Shown here: one piece after another, positions 1 to 9,156 of the stretch
Numbering within the stretch: the first letter of the stretch is position 1
Layout: every line of letters begins with the position of its first letter
Source: Thermodesulfovibrionales bacterium
GTDB lineage: Bacteria; Nitrospirota; Thermodesulfovibrionia; Thermodesulfovibrionales; SM23-35
Reading direction: 5' to 3'
NCBI GenBank assembly: GCA_963715195.1
Contig: CAVQRT010000036.1
Coordinates: 1 to 29,272, forward strand
DNA length: 29,272 bases
Program-made: the position numbers and the translations under genes
Notes under the pieces: model-generated
The model's input: only the letters and a program-made list of their open reading frames with translations
What the model was told of the DNA's origin: nothing
The model's database searches: none

Positions 1-854
1 GCAGAAATCATGGAGAATATACCTCCGCCCACTATGACAAGTCCGCCAATACTGCCTAAAAATTTCTTGGCCGCTATGCCCAGAGAAGCCTCATTATACT
101 CCGTCAGATTAGAGGCAAGAATGACAAGCACTACAAAAACGTATAGCACAGAGACAATACCCATGGACCAAAAGATGGCTTTGGGAATATTTTTTACAGG
201 TTTCTTTACTTCTCCAGCTGTGGCAGCAATAGCCGAAAACCCAAAAAAGGTTATGAATACCAAGGTTGACGTTTGTAATATTTGTGTAATATTGCTGTTG
301 AACTTGTCGATCAAATCCTGAACCGTCAAAAAGCGTAAGCCACCCGCCACTAACCATATCAGCAAGATGATTTTTACAGCTGTGACGACGACCTGAAACA
401 CGCCACTTTCCTTTGTACCTTTTACATTCAAAAAAGTCAAAGCTATCAAGAACACCACACCTGCCAGTTTTTCGAAAGGGGCGTGCCAGATAAATTCCTG
501 AAAGTAGGCAGAAAGGCTCGATAGGTAAAATGAGCAACTGCTTACGTAACCCAAAAAGAGCGCAACTCCCACAAGGTAGGCCAGGGGCGCAGTGAACGTT
601 TTCCGGGCGTAGAGATATCCTTCTCCTGATTTTGGATAGATAGAAACAAATTCGCAATAGGTCAGCGCTGTAAACAGGGACACTATTGCAGCCAGGAGAA
701 AGGCGATGATTGCACTGGAACCTACATTTCTGATTGCCAATCCCGAAAGTGTAAAAATTCCGGCCGCAATCATGGTTCCAACGCCAATCGCCAATGCAGT
801 TGTAAATCCTAGTGTACGATGCAGTTCTTCGGTTTCACCTTAGTTCTTTTTCAT
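1..854 (-). CDS. APC-family amino acid permease; 3' end runs off the window; several frameshifts
   Basis: Manual minus-strand translation across frames gives ...ETEELHRTLGFTTALAIGVGTMIAAGIFTLSGLA... (APC TM1 motif), LTYCEFVSIYPKSGEGY, and FFGFSAIAATAGEVKKPVKNIPKAIFWSMGIVSVLY (APC TM6-7 motif). ATG at 854. Confidence 0.85.
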
Positions 855-1008
855 ATTGAGTTGACTATTTTTATTTTCTCTAATCTAGTCATACCGCCAA
901 TTGAAGACTTTAGCGTCTCACCGCACCCCTATCGCTTGGGCCTTCATACCCCTCTTCCTAAGCTTGTGGCATGACCAATGTAGAAATAATTCGGGATTTA
1001 GTCTTAAT

Positions 1009-1269
1009 TTATCTAGCAACCAAATATTTTTGGATCTTCTCCTGCATTCCTTTTTCCCAACTGTCCACCTTGAGCAAGTGAGGATATAATTGTGCTTGAG
1101 GTTAAATCCATCGCAGAAGGTGATGGATAGGCAAAAAGAAGAATTTCCTACTCAGGAAATCTACACCATTTAAGTACGAGATAAAATCAAAAAGGCTGGA
1201 CAAATTTCATCAATCGACCATGCCTACCTGGTCATGGATGATCTCGATTTTTCTTTTGGAAACAGACAT
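1009..1269 (-). CDS. Possible small hypothetical protein, frameshifted
   Basis: Joining frames gives MSVSKRKIEIIHDQVGMVD...AYPSPSAMDLTSSTIISSLA...KVDSWEKGMQEKIQKYLVAR*. It starts just after the pectate lyase stop. No family recognised. Confidence 0.25.
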
Positions 1270-1296
1270 ACTCAGTTGGTTAATTGGTCTGTTGTA

Positions 1297-2790
1297 TTAA
1301 TCTTCTAATTCTAATTGATAAAGATAGTTAATGAACTTCTCCATATTATCCACGTAGGTCTGGGTGCTTATTCCTTTCACGATTCGGCGTGGGTGTCCTA
1401 CGACATCCGGATAGTGCGGTATCTGCAGATCTTTAAGCCAGGCGCCACGACTATCTAGGGTCTTGATCATGTGCTGAATCTCCTGAGTATTTATTGGCTT
1501 TGGGTCCATCTCATCTTTCCTGGAATGCAAATATTCATCTTGTACCTCGGCTGAGGTCAACGAGGCAACACGTTTATATTCCTCTCTGAGCGACTGCACT
1601 GCAATAGTTCCAAGCATGCCGTAGTGCCCGGGAAAATTCTCTTGCAAATGATCTACCCAATAACGCCCATTTTCAATGTTGGTACCTTCCCGGTGAGCAT
1701 AAGGGGCCGATTGGTTTGAAGCTCATAAAAAGTTGCATGGGTAAATTTTTTGGAAGAGTCGGTATTGATAACCGAAGATACTAGCCAGCTTATGGCGTCA
1801 GGAATTGGTGCAGAGATTCCTTCGATCACCGGTCATTTTATAAAAGTATTGTAGATCATTGATGTTTCGCACCGTTAGTCCAGAAGCAATGGCCGCGGGC
1901 TCGTAAGAGCGGGCCGCAGCCAGCTTTTGAATTCCAAATCATATTGTAAGGCCCAGCCGGCCTGAGGAGGGGCAATCTGAGAAATTAGATAAAAATCCAT
2001 ACCACGTACAGCTGCCTCTTGGTATTTTTCGTCGCCAAGTTTTTGATAGGCCTCCAAAAGCAACAGAATATTGCCATGGATCACGTCATCGTTGAAGGTA
2101 AAGTAAGGAGTATAATCGTGATGCCCTTTGTGATCAAAGTCCTCTTTAATCGGATATCGCTGTGGCCAGGCACCATTGGAATATTGGGACTTTAAAACGA
2201 AATCAAGTGCTTTGAGCAATGGTACTTTATATTTCGCATTTTTGGTGGCAAGATAAATGCCCAATAGAAATCGGGCAGCGCTAGTCGTGACATCATCATC
2301 GAAGGTCGCATTGCCATAATAATGATAATACTCCTCCCACCCCCAGCATTTGGCTGCGACATCCTCATACCACTGCCGAAGACCGGACGAATCAAAGTCA
2401 ATCAGATAATTCCATCCTCCTGAAGGGAGCTGACCCCAAATAAGCGCATCGGCAACCTGCTCAGCATATCTCAAGTAGTGATCATTCCTGGTCATCTGGA
2501 AGGCTTGGAGCATCACCGCGCCAACACTGGTCGTGCCTGGGGGTTGAACCCAAATTTGCGAGCTTCCGCGCGGGAACCTCACCCCACTGCTCTGAGAGAT
2601 CAGCACTATATTTCCACACAAATCCACCTCTATTCACCCCAGCCCTTATCATCATAAAATCAGTAGCCGCTTTCATAGCCGTCTTTACTTCTTGCCCAGA
2701 CAAGACTTCTGGTGATTCAGTACAAGCAGACACTGATAAAGCGCAAATAATTAAAAGAATTTTTGTACGGTATATGATTTCCGTTTTCAT
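1297..2790 (-). CDS. Pectate lyase, polysaccharide lyase family 10 (PelA-like), probable lipoprotein; split by frameshifts
   Basis: ORFs 2482-2829, 1875-2627 and 1297-1647 join into one protein. Signal peptide with lipobox-like ALSVSAC; WVQPPGT; GQLPSGGWNY; NATFDDDVT; SQYSNGAWPQRYP; TFNDDVI; GWALQYD, typical of PL10. Confidence 0.8.
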
Positions 2791-3436
2791 TACTTCCAAT
2801 CGAACCATATTTAACATGCTATATATCATTTATCTTTACGGCTAATTCCAAAATTAACAAATACTGATCACGCCACCTTTTGTCGCAGTCTCTGTTTCTC
2901 TTCTCAGAGTCTCTTTTCTTCATAGGGATTGTCAACTTCTTTCCCGACCTTCTTTGACTATTTCGCTACTTGCTCAATAAATATCGTGATTACTGGTACA
3001 AAGAAATCTAATGTTTGAATGCAACAAGACATAGATCATGATGCCCCGTATTAACTGAATTACCCATATCTATACTGGAGTACAATTTTCGGTCGCATCC
3101 CTAAAACTTAGGTATACATCCCCTTTTCCAAATCCTTCCTTCCTGATATTAAAAAATGCGAAATGGGATCATAGACCAATGAAAGCATCTGCCTCATCGC
3201 TGGCTGGGTTAAACCAGAAACAGAGACCTCAGGGCTATGACAGCGGATGTCAGCGCAAAAGCGTGCCGTTTAAATTGCGATTTAGCTTTCTTTCTATTTG
3301 AAACAGGTTCATGCAGCCACTTAGTGCTCGCTACATAAGGATGGTGAGCGGACAACCATTCCAGTGAAAATGCTTTTTTCTAATGGGAGAAGCAGCATTT
3401 TTAGAGCTGATACAATGGGCGCAATACATCAAGCGG

Positions 3437-3744
3437 TCAGACAAAACTTCCGAACCTTTCAGCGTGGCAGGTATACCCATGAGGTTTTTTGACCAGATAG
3501 TCTTGATGGTACTCTTCCGCAGGCCAAAATTTTGTAAAAGGTTCGAGGGTCGTGACTACTTTGCCCTCCCATTTCCCAGAGGTGTTTACTATTCCAATTA
3601 TTTCTTCGGCAATTTCCTTTTCTGGTTCATTTTGAAAGAAGATAGCAGAACGATAGCTTGAACCTATGTCGTTGCCCTGACGATTCATGGTAGTGGGGTT
3701 ATGAATGCGAAAAAAATAGTCTAGGATTAGCCTAAACGAAGTTT
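3437..3744 (-). CDS. msrA: Peptide-methionine (S)-S-oxide reductase MsrA, C-terminal part only (5' end lost at junction)
   Basis: TSFRLILDYFFRIHNPTTMNRQGNDIGSSYRSAIF and FWPAEEYHQDYL are MsrA signatures. The N-terminal GCFW motif is missing because the sequence switches to cheR at ~3744. Confidence 0.9.
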
Positions 3745-6356
3745 ATATTTTCAATTGTCCGATAGGGAAGGATGTGCAAGGAATACCAGTTGCCGTTTTT
3801 GGTCTGTATATCAAACTTCCTTTTTTGTAAATCCTTCAGCACTGCCCGGACTTCCTGAGAAATATTGACAAACGGCATCTTTGAAGTAATGTCACCGATC
3901 GGACGGCCGATATCTGCCTGGATAAGGTTAAAGAAATGCGTCATGACCGGCGTGAACCGTTTGACCCTGAGATCATTATCCAGGAAGATGGTCCCGATAT
4001 CAGTACTGGCCAGCAAGTTATTGATATCGCTGTTGGCCTGCACCAAAGCCTCTATCTTGTCCTGAAGTTCTGAGTTTACGGTCACCAGTTCCTCATTGGT
4101 CGATTGCAGTTCCTCCTTGGATGTTGCCAGTTCTTCATTGGTGCTCTGCAATTCCTCATTGGTTGACTGCATCTCCTCATTTGCCGATCTCAGTTCTTCG
4201 TGGGATGTCTGCATCTGCTCAAGGGTTGCCTGGAGATACTCTTTTGTTGACTGAAGCTCTTTTTCAAGGCTTGTTACTCTCAGATTCGTTCTCTGAGTTC
4301 CAACAGTCTTTTTCTTCTTTGTGGACTGTTCCGCAAGAGGTAATTTTTCCTCAAATACGACCATCAGTACTTTCTGTTTCAGGGATGATTGTGGTATTGT
4401 GCGCACTGCGATTCCAATATTCTGATACCCTTCCTGTTGTTTTACCTGAAGCGTGTCTCGGACAACAGCCTTTTTTTGTTTGACTGCTTTATTGAGCACT
4501 GCATTGAGCTGATAGCGAAGGTCTTCGCGTGCCATTGTGATGAGGTTAAAGCTTGGCTCTCCGGGTGGGTGTGTCAGGTAACGGTCAGTTGAGCCATGGA
4601 AATAGAGGATGTTATATCTTTCATCGATGAACACACAGGGAGGAGCATATTCGTCAAGAATAATTTTTTCTGCCATATCCCGTATATTTGTCTCTTTGAG
4701 AACAGGCTGTTCCAGTGTTTTCAGGTATGCCGGATGGGCATCGTCAAGGGGGGCATGCAGATAATCCGGCATCTTTCCGGCAAATATGCCTTTGCGCTTG
4801 AATATTTTCCACTTTGTATCAACAGGAGAAAAAAGGTTGCTGAACTCCCCTACGGTTTCTGATGTACCTAAGAACAGATAGCCGTTCTGATTTAAGGTGT
4901 AATGGAACAAGGGGATTACCTTCTTTTGGAGCACTGAATCCATGTAGATAAGGACATTTCTGCAGCTGACCAGGTCAAGTTTTGAAAATGGAGGGTCTGA
5001 GATGAGGTTCTGGACAGCAAAGACGACCATGTCGCGGATCGTTTTTTTGACCCTGTATGCCTTGCCTTCTTTTATAAAGAATTGTTTTAACCGCTCTTCT
5101 GATATATCCGCTGAAATACCCTCGGGAAATTGGGCTGTACGGGCTTGCTCTATTGTCTCTTTGTTTATATCTGTGGCAAATATCTGGACATTCAGATGCT
5201 TGTTCAGCCTGTCCATGGCCTCCTGAAAAAGCATGGCAAGGGAGAAGGCTTCTTCACCGGTGGCACAGCCCGGGACCCAGACCCGCACTGCGGAATCAGG
5301 TTCTTTTTGTTTCACTATAGCCGAAATAATTTTATTGCCGAGGACTTCAAAGGCCCCGGGATCCCTGAAAAAACTGGTTACCTCGATAAGAAGGTCTTTG
5401 AACAGGGCATCCACTTCGGCAGGGTTTTCTTTAAGATATCGGACATAGTTCTGAATATCGGTAAGATTGTGGAGGGCCATGCGGCGTTCTACTCTACGGT
5501 GTATGGTGTTTTGTTTGTAATGGCTGAAATCGCTGCCGGTTCTGGACCGTATCAGCATCAATATTTTCTGGATAGCGTCAAGGTGTACGGTACCGATACT
5601 TATCTTGTATCCTCTCACATAGGGTTGTTTTATATATCTGATGAGTTCCTTCGGCATATTTTCCACCGGCAGAACATAGTCTGAAAGACCTGTTTCTATT
5701 GCGCTCCCGGGCATACTGTCATACCGTGCCTGTTCAGGCTGCTGGACCATAACCATACCACCTGCGCCCTTTATCTCCTTGAGTCCCATGGTTCCGTCTG
5801 AACCGCTTCCGGAAAGGATAATGCAGATAGCATTCTTGCCCTGATCTTCAGCAAGAGCACTGAAAAAGTGGTTAATTGGCAGTCTGATCCCGTGGGTCTC
5901 CACCGGGTCTGTCAACTGGAACGTGCCGTTGAAGATACCGATATCTTTATCAGGTTGGTTTAGATACACGGAGTTGGGTTCAAGTGTCGCCCCGTCCTCT
6001 GCCTGTAAGACCTTCATTGTGGTATGTCTCTTCAGAAGTTCATCCATGATGCTTTTGTGTTTCGGGTCTAAATGCTGGATAATTACAAAGGATATGTATG
6101 CTTTTGGCGGCATATGGGTGAAAAAAAGTTCAAGTGCCTCCAGCCCGCCTGCCGAAGCGCCTATGCCGACAACTGGGAAACCTGAAACAGGTTTTTTCGC
6201 ATTGGTCACATTTTCTGCAGAAAGGGGTTTTGATGTGGGCCGATCAGATTGTTTTCGACGTTTTAAAGGAATTTTTTTTACAGTTTCCTTATCAGGCAAG
6301 GCTTTTTTGGACACAGAAGATCCCTTTTTGATGGAAACAGTCTTCTTTTTGCCCAC
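3732..6356 (-). CDS. CheB methylesterase-CheR methyltransferase fusion with coiled coil and PAS domain (CheBR); 3'-truncated at ~3745
   Basis: CheB motifs GASAGG, IQHL, LSGSGSDG. CheR motifs VTSFFRD, VPGCATGEE, SCRNVLIY. EELQSTNEEL heptads, then a PAS-like region cut after LPYRTIEN. GTG start with AAGGGG RBS. Confidence 0.93.
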   Translation of the reverse strand: MGKKKTVSIKKGSSVSKKALPDKETVKKIPLKRRKQSDRPTSKPLSAENVTNAKKPVSGFPVVGIGASAGGLEALELFFTHMPPKAYISFVIIQHLDPKHKSIMDELLKRHTTMKVLQAEDGATLEPNSVYLNQPDKDIGIFNGTFQLTDPVETHGIRLPINHFFSALAEDQGKNAICIILSGSGSDGTMGLKEIKGAGGMVMVQQPEQARYDSMPGSAIETGLSDYVLPVENMPKELIRYIKQPYVRGYKISIGTVHLDAIQKILMLIRSRTGSDFSHYKQNTIHRRVERRMALHNLTDIQNYVRYLKENPAEVDALFKDLLIEVTSFFRDPGAFEVLGNKIISAIVKQKEPDSAVRVWVPGCATGEEAFSLAMLFQEAMDRLNKHLNVQIFATDINKETIEQARTAQFPEGISADISEERLKQFFIKEGKAYRVKKTIRDMVVFAVQNLISDPPFSKLDLVSCRNVLIYMDSVLQKKVIPLFHYTLNQNGYLFLGTSETVGEFSNLFSPVDTKWKIFKRKGIFAGKMPDYLHAPLDDAHPAYLKTLEQPVLKETNIRDMAEKIILDEYAPPCVFIDERYNILYFHGSTDRYLTHPPGEPSFNLITMAREDLRYQLNAVLNKAVKQKKAVVRDTLQVKQQEGYQNIGIAVRTIPQSSLKQKVLMVVFEEKLPLAEQSTKKKKTVGTQRTNLRVTSLEKELQSTKEYLQATLEQMQTSHEELRSANEEMQSTNEELQSTNEELATSKEELQSTNEELVTVNSELQDKIEALVQANSDINNLLASTDIGTIFLDNDLRVKRFTPVMTHFFNLIQADIGRPIGDITSKMPFVNISQEVRAVLKDLQKRKFDIQTKNGNWYSLHILPYRTIENINFV
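4079..4203 (-). repeat. Imperfect coding heptad repeats (EELQSTN) in the CheBR coiled coil
   Basis: Translation HEELRSANEEMQSTNEELQSTNEELATSKEELQSTNEELVTVN; repeated plus-strand units resembling cagttcctcattggt. Confidence 0.7.
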
Positions 6357-6573
6357 TCTTACCCCCTTGATATCAATATTGTATCAGAGACCATGTGTAT
6401 CAGCAATCCTTCTTCACCCTATCACTTGAAACAGTGTATTGTAAGTTATTTTTGGTAATCAGCAGGAGTCAGGAATTGTCGATATGTTGACTCCTATGTG
6501 TAATGAGCAATTACTTTTACCACTTTCTTTTCTTCGTCGAAGAGATAAAAAAGGAGAGACTTTGGATGACGAC

Positions 6574-6628
6574 ACAAAAAGAAACAAGGCATGGGTTCAT
6601 GGTTATTGTGATGAACAGAACCATGCCT
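6574..6628 (-). terminator. Probable intrinsic terminator downstream of the FmdB gene
   Basis: Minus strand reads AGGCATGG...GTTCAT-loop-ATGAAC-CCATGCCT followed by TGTTTCTTTTTGT. Confidence 0.5.
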
Positions 6629-6667
6629 CATGTGAATCAGTTGATTTTATAAATGTTTTTTAAGAAG

Positions 6668-6691
6668 CTGGCTAAACGCAAGGTTTAGCAG
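6668..6691. terminator. Short hairpin just after the FmdB stop
   Basis: GCTAAAC-gcaag-GTTTAGC inverted repeat; U-tract is weak. Confidence 0.3.
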
Positions 6692-6702
6692 AATGACGGC
6701 CT

Positions 6703-6909
6703 TCAGCCGCCGCCTGAAAAGCCTGGGGAAGACCCTCCTGGCGAAGAACCCTCATCACCGGGCAGGGGACAGCTGAACGCGGAAGGCAGCTTTTTCAGAT
6801 CCTCTGACCCGCACTTGGGACATTTGGCTGTCTCCTCTTGATTGCTCTTCCACTGCAGCAGGGCAAAAGTCTCGGTGCATTTTCTGCAGATATATTCGTA
6901 TATTGGCAT
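6703..6909 (-). CDS. FmdB-family zinc-ribbon protein
   Basis: MPIYEYICRKC...CPKCGS...KKLPSAF matches the CxxC-x17-CxxC FmdB pattern. AGGAG RBS. Confidence 0.88.
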   Translation of the reverse strand: MPIYEYICRKCTETFALLQWKSNQEETAKCPKCGSEDLKKLPSAFSCPLPGDEGSSPGGSSPGFSGGG

Positions 6910-6954
6910 TGTAGCTCCTAATATTTTAGATTTTATTTATATTTTATTATATTT

Positions 6955-6984
6955 ATTATGGGGGATAGACAATTTACTTGTCAA
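6955..6984 (-). promoter_or_regulatory. Sigma70-type promoter for the FmdB gene
   Basis: Minus strand TTGACA-18 nt-CATAAT, followed by a very AT-rich leader. Confidence 0.6.
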
Positions 6985-7014
6985 GAAAACCGGGCAGCTT
7001 CAGGAAACGGTATG

Positions 7015-7659
7015 CTACGTGCGGAGGGCCTTGAGAATCTCTTCCGCAAAATCATTTTCAGGGAGAGAACCGACAAGGCTGTGGGTTTCGTTGATGATTA
7101 CTTTCGGCACCCCCTGCACATTGTACTTGCTAGAAATATGCGGGAATTCCGTCAGCTCTACCATGTCGGCCCTGATATGGTCGCTCTGAATCGCAAAGCG
7201 GTGAGCCATGCGTACGGCCTGTGCACAATAAGGGCAGGTCGGGGATATGAGCACCTGGACATGCACCTGCTGGGTAATGGCCGAGAGTTTTTGTATCGTC
7301 TCCTGCTGAAGCCCGGCATCTCTTTTGCTCACATCGAGGATGTCCTCAACAAACGCGGTAAACTCATATCCGGACGGCGCCCCGAAAAAACGGATGCCAT
7401 AGTCACGGTCCCCCAGGAGTACTGTTGCGGGAATCTTGTCTATCTTATACTGCTCCACAACGTCTTTGTCTTTGACGAAGTCCTTCACCTCGAGGGTAAT
7501 TTTTCCGGAAAGTGCTGCCACTTCTTCGAGGAGCCCCCTTGATATCTTGCAGTGCTCACATTCAAACTCCTGGCTAAACAAGAGCAGCTTTACGTCGTTC
7601 TGCAGAACCTCAAAAATATTTGTCAGCTTGTCACGGTCCTTCTCAGGAATAAGGCCCAT
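7015..7659 (-). CDS. Protein disulfide oxidoreductase (PDO; AhpF N-terminal-domain-like, two thioredoxin folds)
   Basis: Likely start MGLIPEKDRDKL at 7659 with GGGGG RBS. Two CxxC motifs (CEHC, CPYC); IRFFGAPSGYEF; VQGVPKVIIN. Confidence 0.88.
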   Translation of the reverse strand: MGLIPEKDRDKLTNIFEVLQNDVKLLLFSQEFECEHCKISRGLLEEVAALSGKITLEVKDFVKDKDVVEQYKIDKIPATVLLGDRDYGIRFFGAPSGYEFTAFVEDILDVSKRDAGLQQETIQKLSAITQQVHVQVLISPTCPYCAQAVRMAHRFAIQSDHIRADMVELTEFPHISSKYNVQGVPKVIINETHSLVGSLPENDFAEEILKALRT

Positions 7660-7672
7660 ACTATAACCCCCG

Positions 7673-8665
7673 CTATGATAACTGTGATGTCTGCAGGAGA
7701 TACTCATATGCGGACAGTGCCGCTTTTGCTCCTTCTCCTGCTGAAACAATGATCTGTTTGTACGGAATTGAGGTGACGTCCCCGGCGCTGAACATCCCCG
7801 GAAGGCTCGTCCTGCACAGGCAGTCTATGACCACTTCACCCTGTTCATTGAGATCGACCAGATCCTTGACCGGGCCTGAATTCGGCACAAGCCCAATCTC
7901 GATAAACACCCCGTCCAGTGAAACTTCCTGCTCCTGCCCGGTCTCACTGTTTCTTATTACTGCCGTGCGGACTGTTTCATCACCACCGATACGGAGGAGC
8001 TCGTGGGAATCGAGGAGCGTGTGTTTCCCATAAGGTGCCAGTCTCTGACGGAATATCTCATCGGCCTGCCACCCTTTACGTGAATTCAGGAGGATAATCT
8101 CAGCATCAAACCGCATAAGGTCGATGGCGGTGCTGAATGCCGAGTTGCCCCCCCCGACTACCATCACCTTCTTTTCCTTGAAGAAAGGGGCATCGCACGT
8201 CGCGCAGTAGGAAACTCCCTTGCCAATGAATTCCCGGGCCCCGGGCACTGAAATTTCCCGGTGATGCTCTCCTGTCGAAAAAATGACAGTGTGTCCGGAA
8301 AATACTCTCCCGTCCTCAAGAGAGGCAGTGAAAAGGTCACCATTTTTACGTATCTCACTGACCCGAACCCCTGCGCTCACAGGGATATCATAGCTCTTGA
8401 CATGCTCCTCGAACCGTGAGACGAGCTCTCTCGCGTTTATGCTCTGAAAACCCAGGTAGTTTTCTATCAGGGATGTCTCGTTCATCAGGCCGCCGAAATC
8501 AAGGGTAATGACCGCAAGCAAAAGCCTTTTGCGTGCGGCATAGACCACTGCACACATTGCAGCAGCCCCTCCTCCAATGACCAGAATGTCGTACACGCTA
8601 TCCAGTGCCGGTGCACGGACATCGGAGAAGGTCTCCATGTTCAGTACAATTCCCGGAAACTCCAT
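7673..8665 (-). CDS. trxB: Thioredoxin-disulfide reductase (TrxB / AhpF C-terminal-like FAD-NAD(P)H oxidoreductase)
   Basis: YDILVIGGGAA FAD-binding start; IENYLGF; GVSYCATCDAPFF; GGGNSA; TSLPGMFSAGDVT; YKQIIVSAGEGAKAA. Confidence 0.88.
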   Translation of the reverse strand: MEFPGIVLNMETFSDVRAPALDSVYDILVIGGGAAAMCAVVYAARKRLLLAVITLDFGGLMNETSLIENYLGFQSINARELVSRFEEHVKSYDIPVSAGVRVSEIRKNGDLFTASLEDGRVFSGHTVIFSTGEHHREISVPGAREFIGKGVSYCATCDAPFFKEKKVMVVGGGNSAFSTAIDLMRFDAEIILLNSRKGWQADEIFRQRLAPYGKHTLLDSHELLRIGGDETVRTAVIRNSETGQEQEVSLDGVFIEIGLVPNSGPVKDLVDLNEQGEVVIDCLCRTSLPGMFSAGDVTSIPYKQIIVSAGEGAKAALSAYEYLLQTSQLS

Positions 8666-8668
8666 GTC

Positions 8669-9133
8669 TCAATCACCGTTTTCCTGTAACATTTCCTTCA
8701 GCTGATCCCTGAATCTTTTCTGATGTGTTCCCTGCCAGTAAATTCTATCACAATCGCTGCATCTGTGAAAGACAGTCCTGGAGAGGAAGATATGCTCAGG
8801 CACCAGATCCCTTACTTCCTGTTTGCTCCCGACCGCAACAAGGCTTCCGTTGCATGCAACACACCTGCCGACGAGATCAGCGCCTGTAAGCAGCGACGAC
8901 TTTTTTACTTCTCTGAGCTGTCCCGGGGGGTCATTCGAGAAGATAAGAAGGCAACGGGGTATTCCTTTTCTCCGGGCAAGGCGGGTATTTCTGGTGAGAA
9001 TGCACCTGTCCTGTTCACGGGCAATCCGGATCAGTTCCGCATCGCGTATGTCTGGATGGTAGAGGACATCATATCCAAGGAACCTAAGCCACTTTGCAAG
9101 CCGTCCAAGCATTGCGTCTGCGACAAAGCGCAC
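8669..9133 (-). CDS. Mut7-C RNase domain protein (PIN-like fold plus C-terminal Zn ribbon)
   Basis: RFVADAMLGRLAKWLRFLGYD, ILTRN, RCVACNG and CSDCDRIYWQGTH are the Mut7-C/DUF82 signature. GTG start with AGGAG RBS. Confidence 0.9.
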   Translation of the reverse strand: MRFVADAMLGRLAKWLRFLGYDVLYHPDIRDAELIRIAREQDRCILTRNTRLARRKGIPRCLLIFSNDPPGQLREVKKSSLLTGADLVGRCVACNGSLVAVGSKQEVRDLVPEHIFLSRTVFHRCSDCDRIYWQGTHQKRFRDQLKEMLQENGD

Positions 9134-9156
9134 AACCGGCTCCTATGAGCTGTGTA

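Noticed and set aside
4079..4203. CRISPR-like periodic repeats
   Set aside because: 21-nt periodicity comes from protein heptads inside an ORF; there are no spacers and no cas genes.
3437..6356. CheR-MsrA fusion or operon as a novel redox-chemotaxis system
   Set aside because: Different frames, both genes truncated at the same point, and sequence quality changes there; best explained as an assembly junction.
6660..6712. Possible c-di-GMP-I riboswitch (GCTAAAC, GCAA, ATGACGGC fragments)
   Set aside because: Lacks the GGCAAAC..GAAA..GACGCAAA core architecture, and its orientation and position fit a simple 3' hairpin.
7015..8665. Selenocysteine recoding in the redox genes
   Set aside because: All CxxC motifs are Cys-encoded and neither ORF has an in-frame TGA at a catalytic position.
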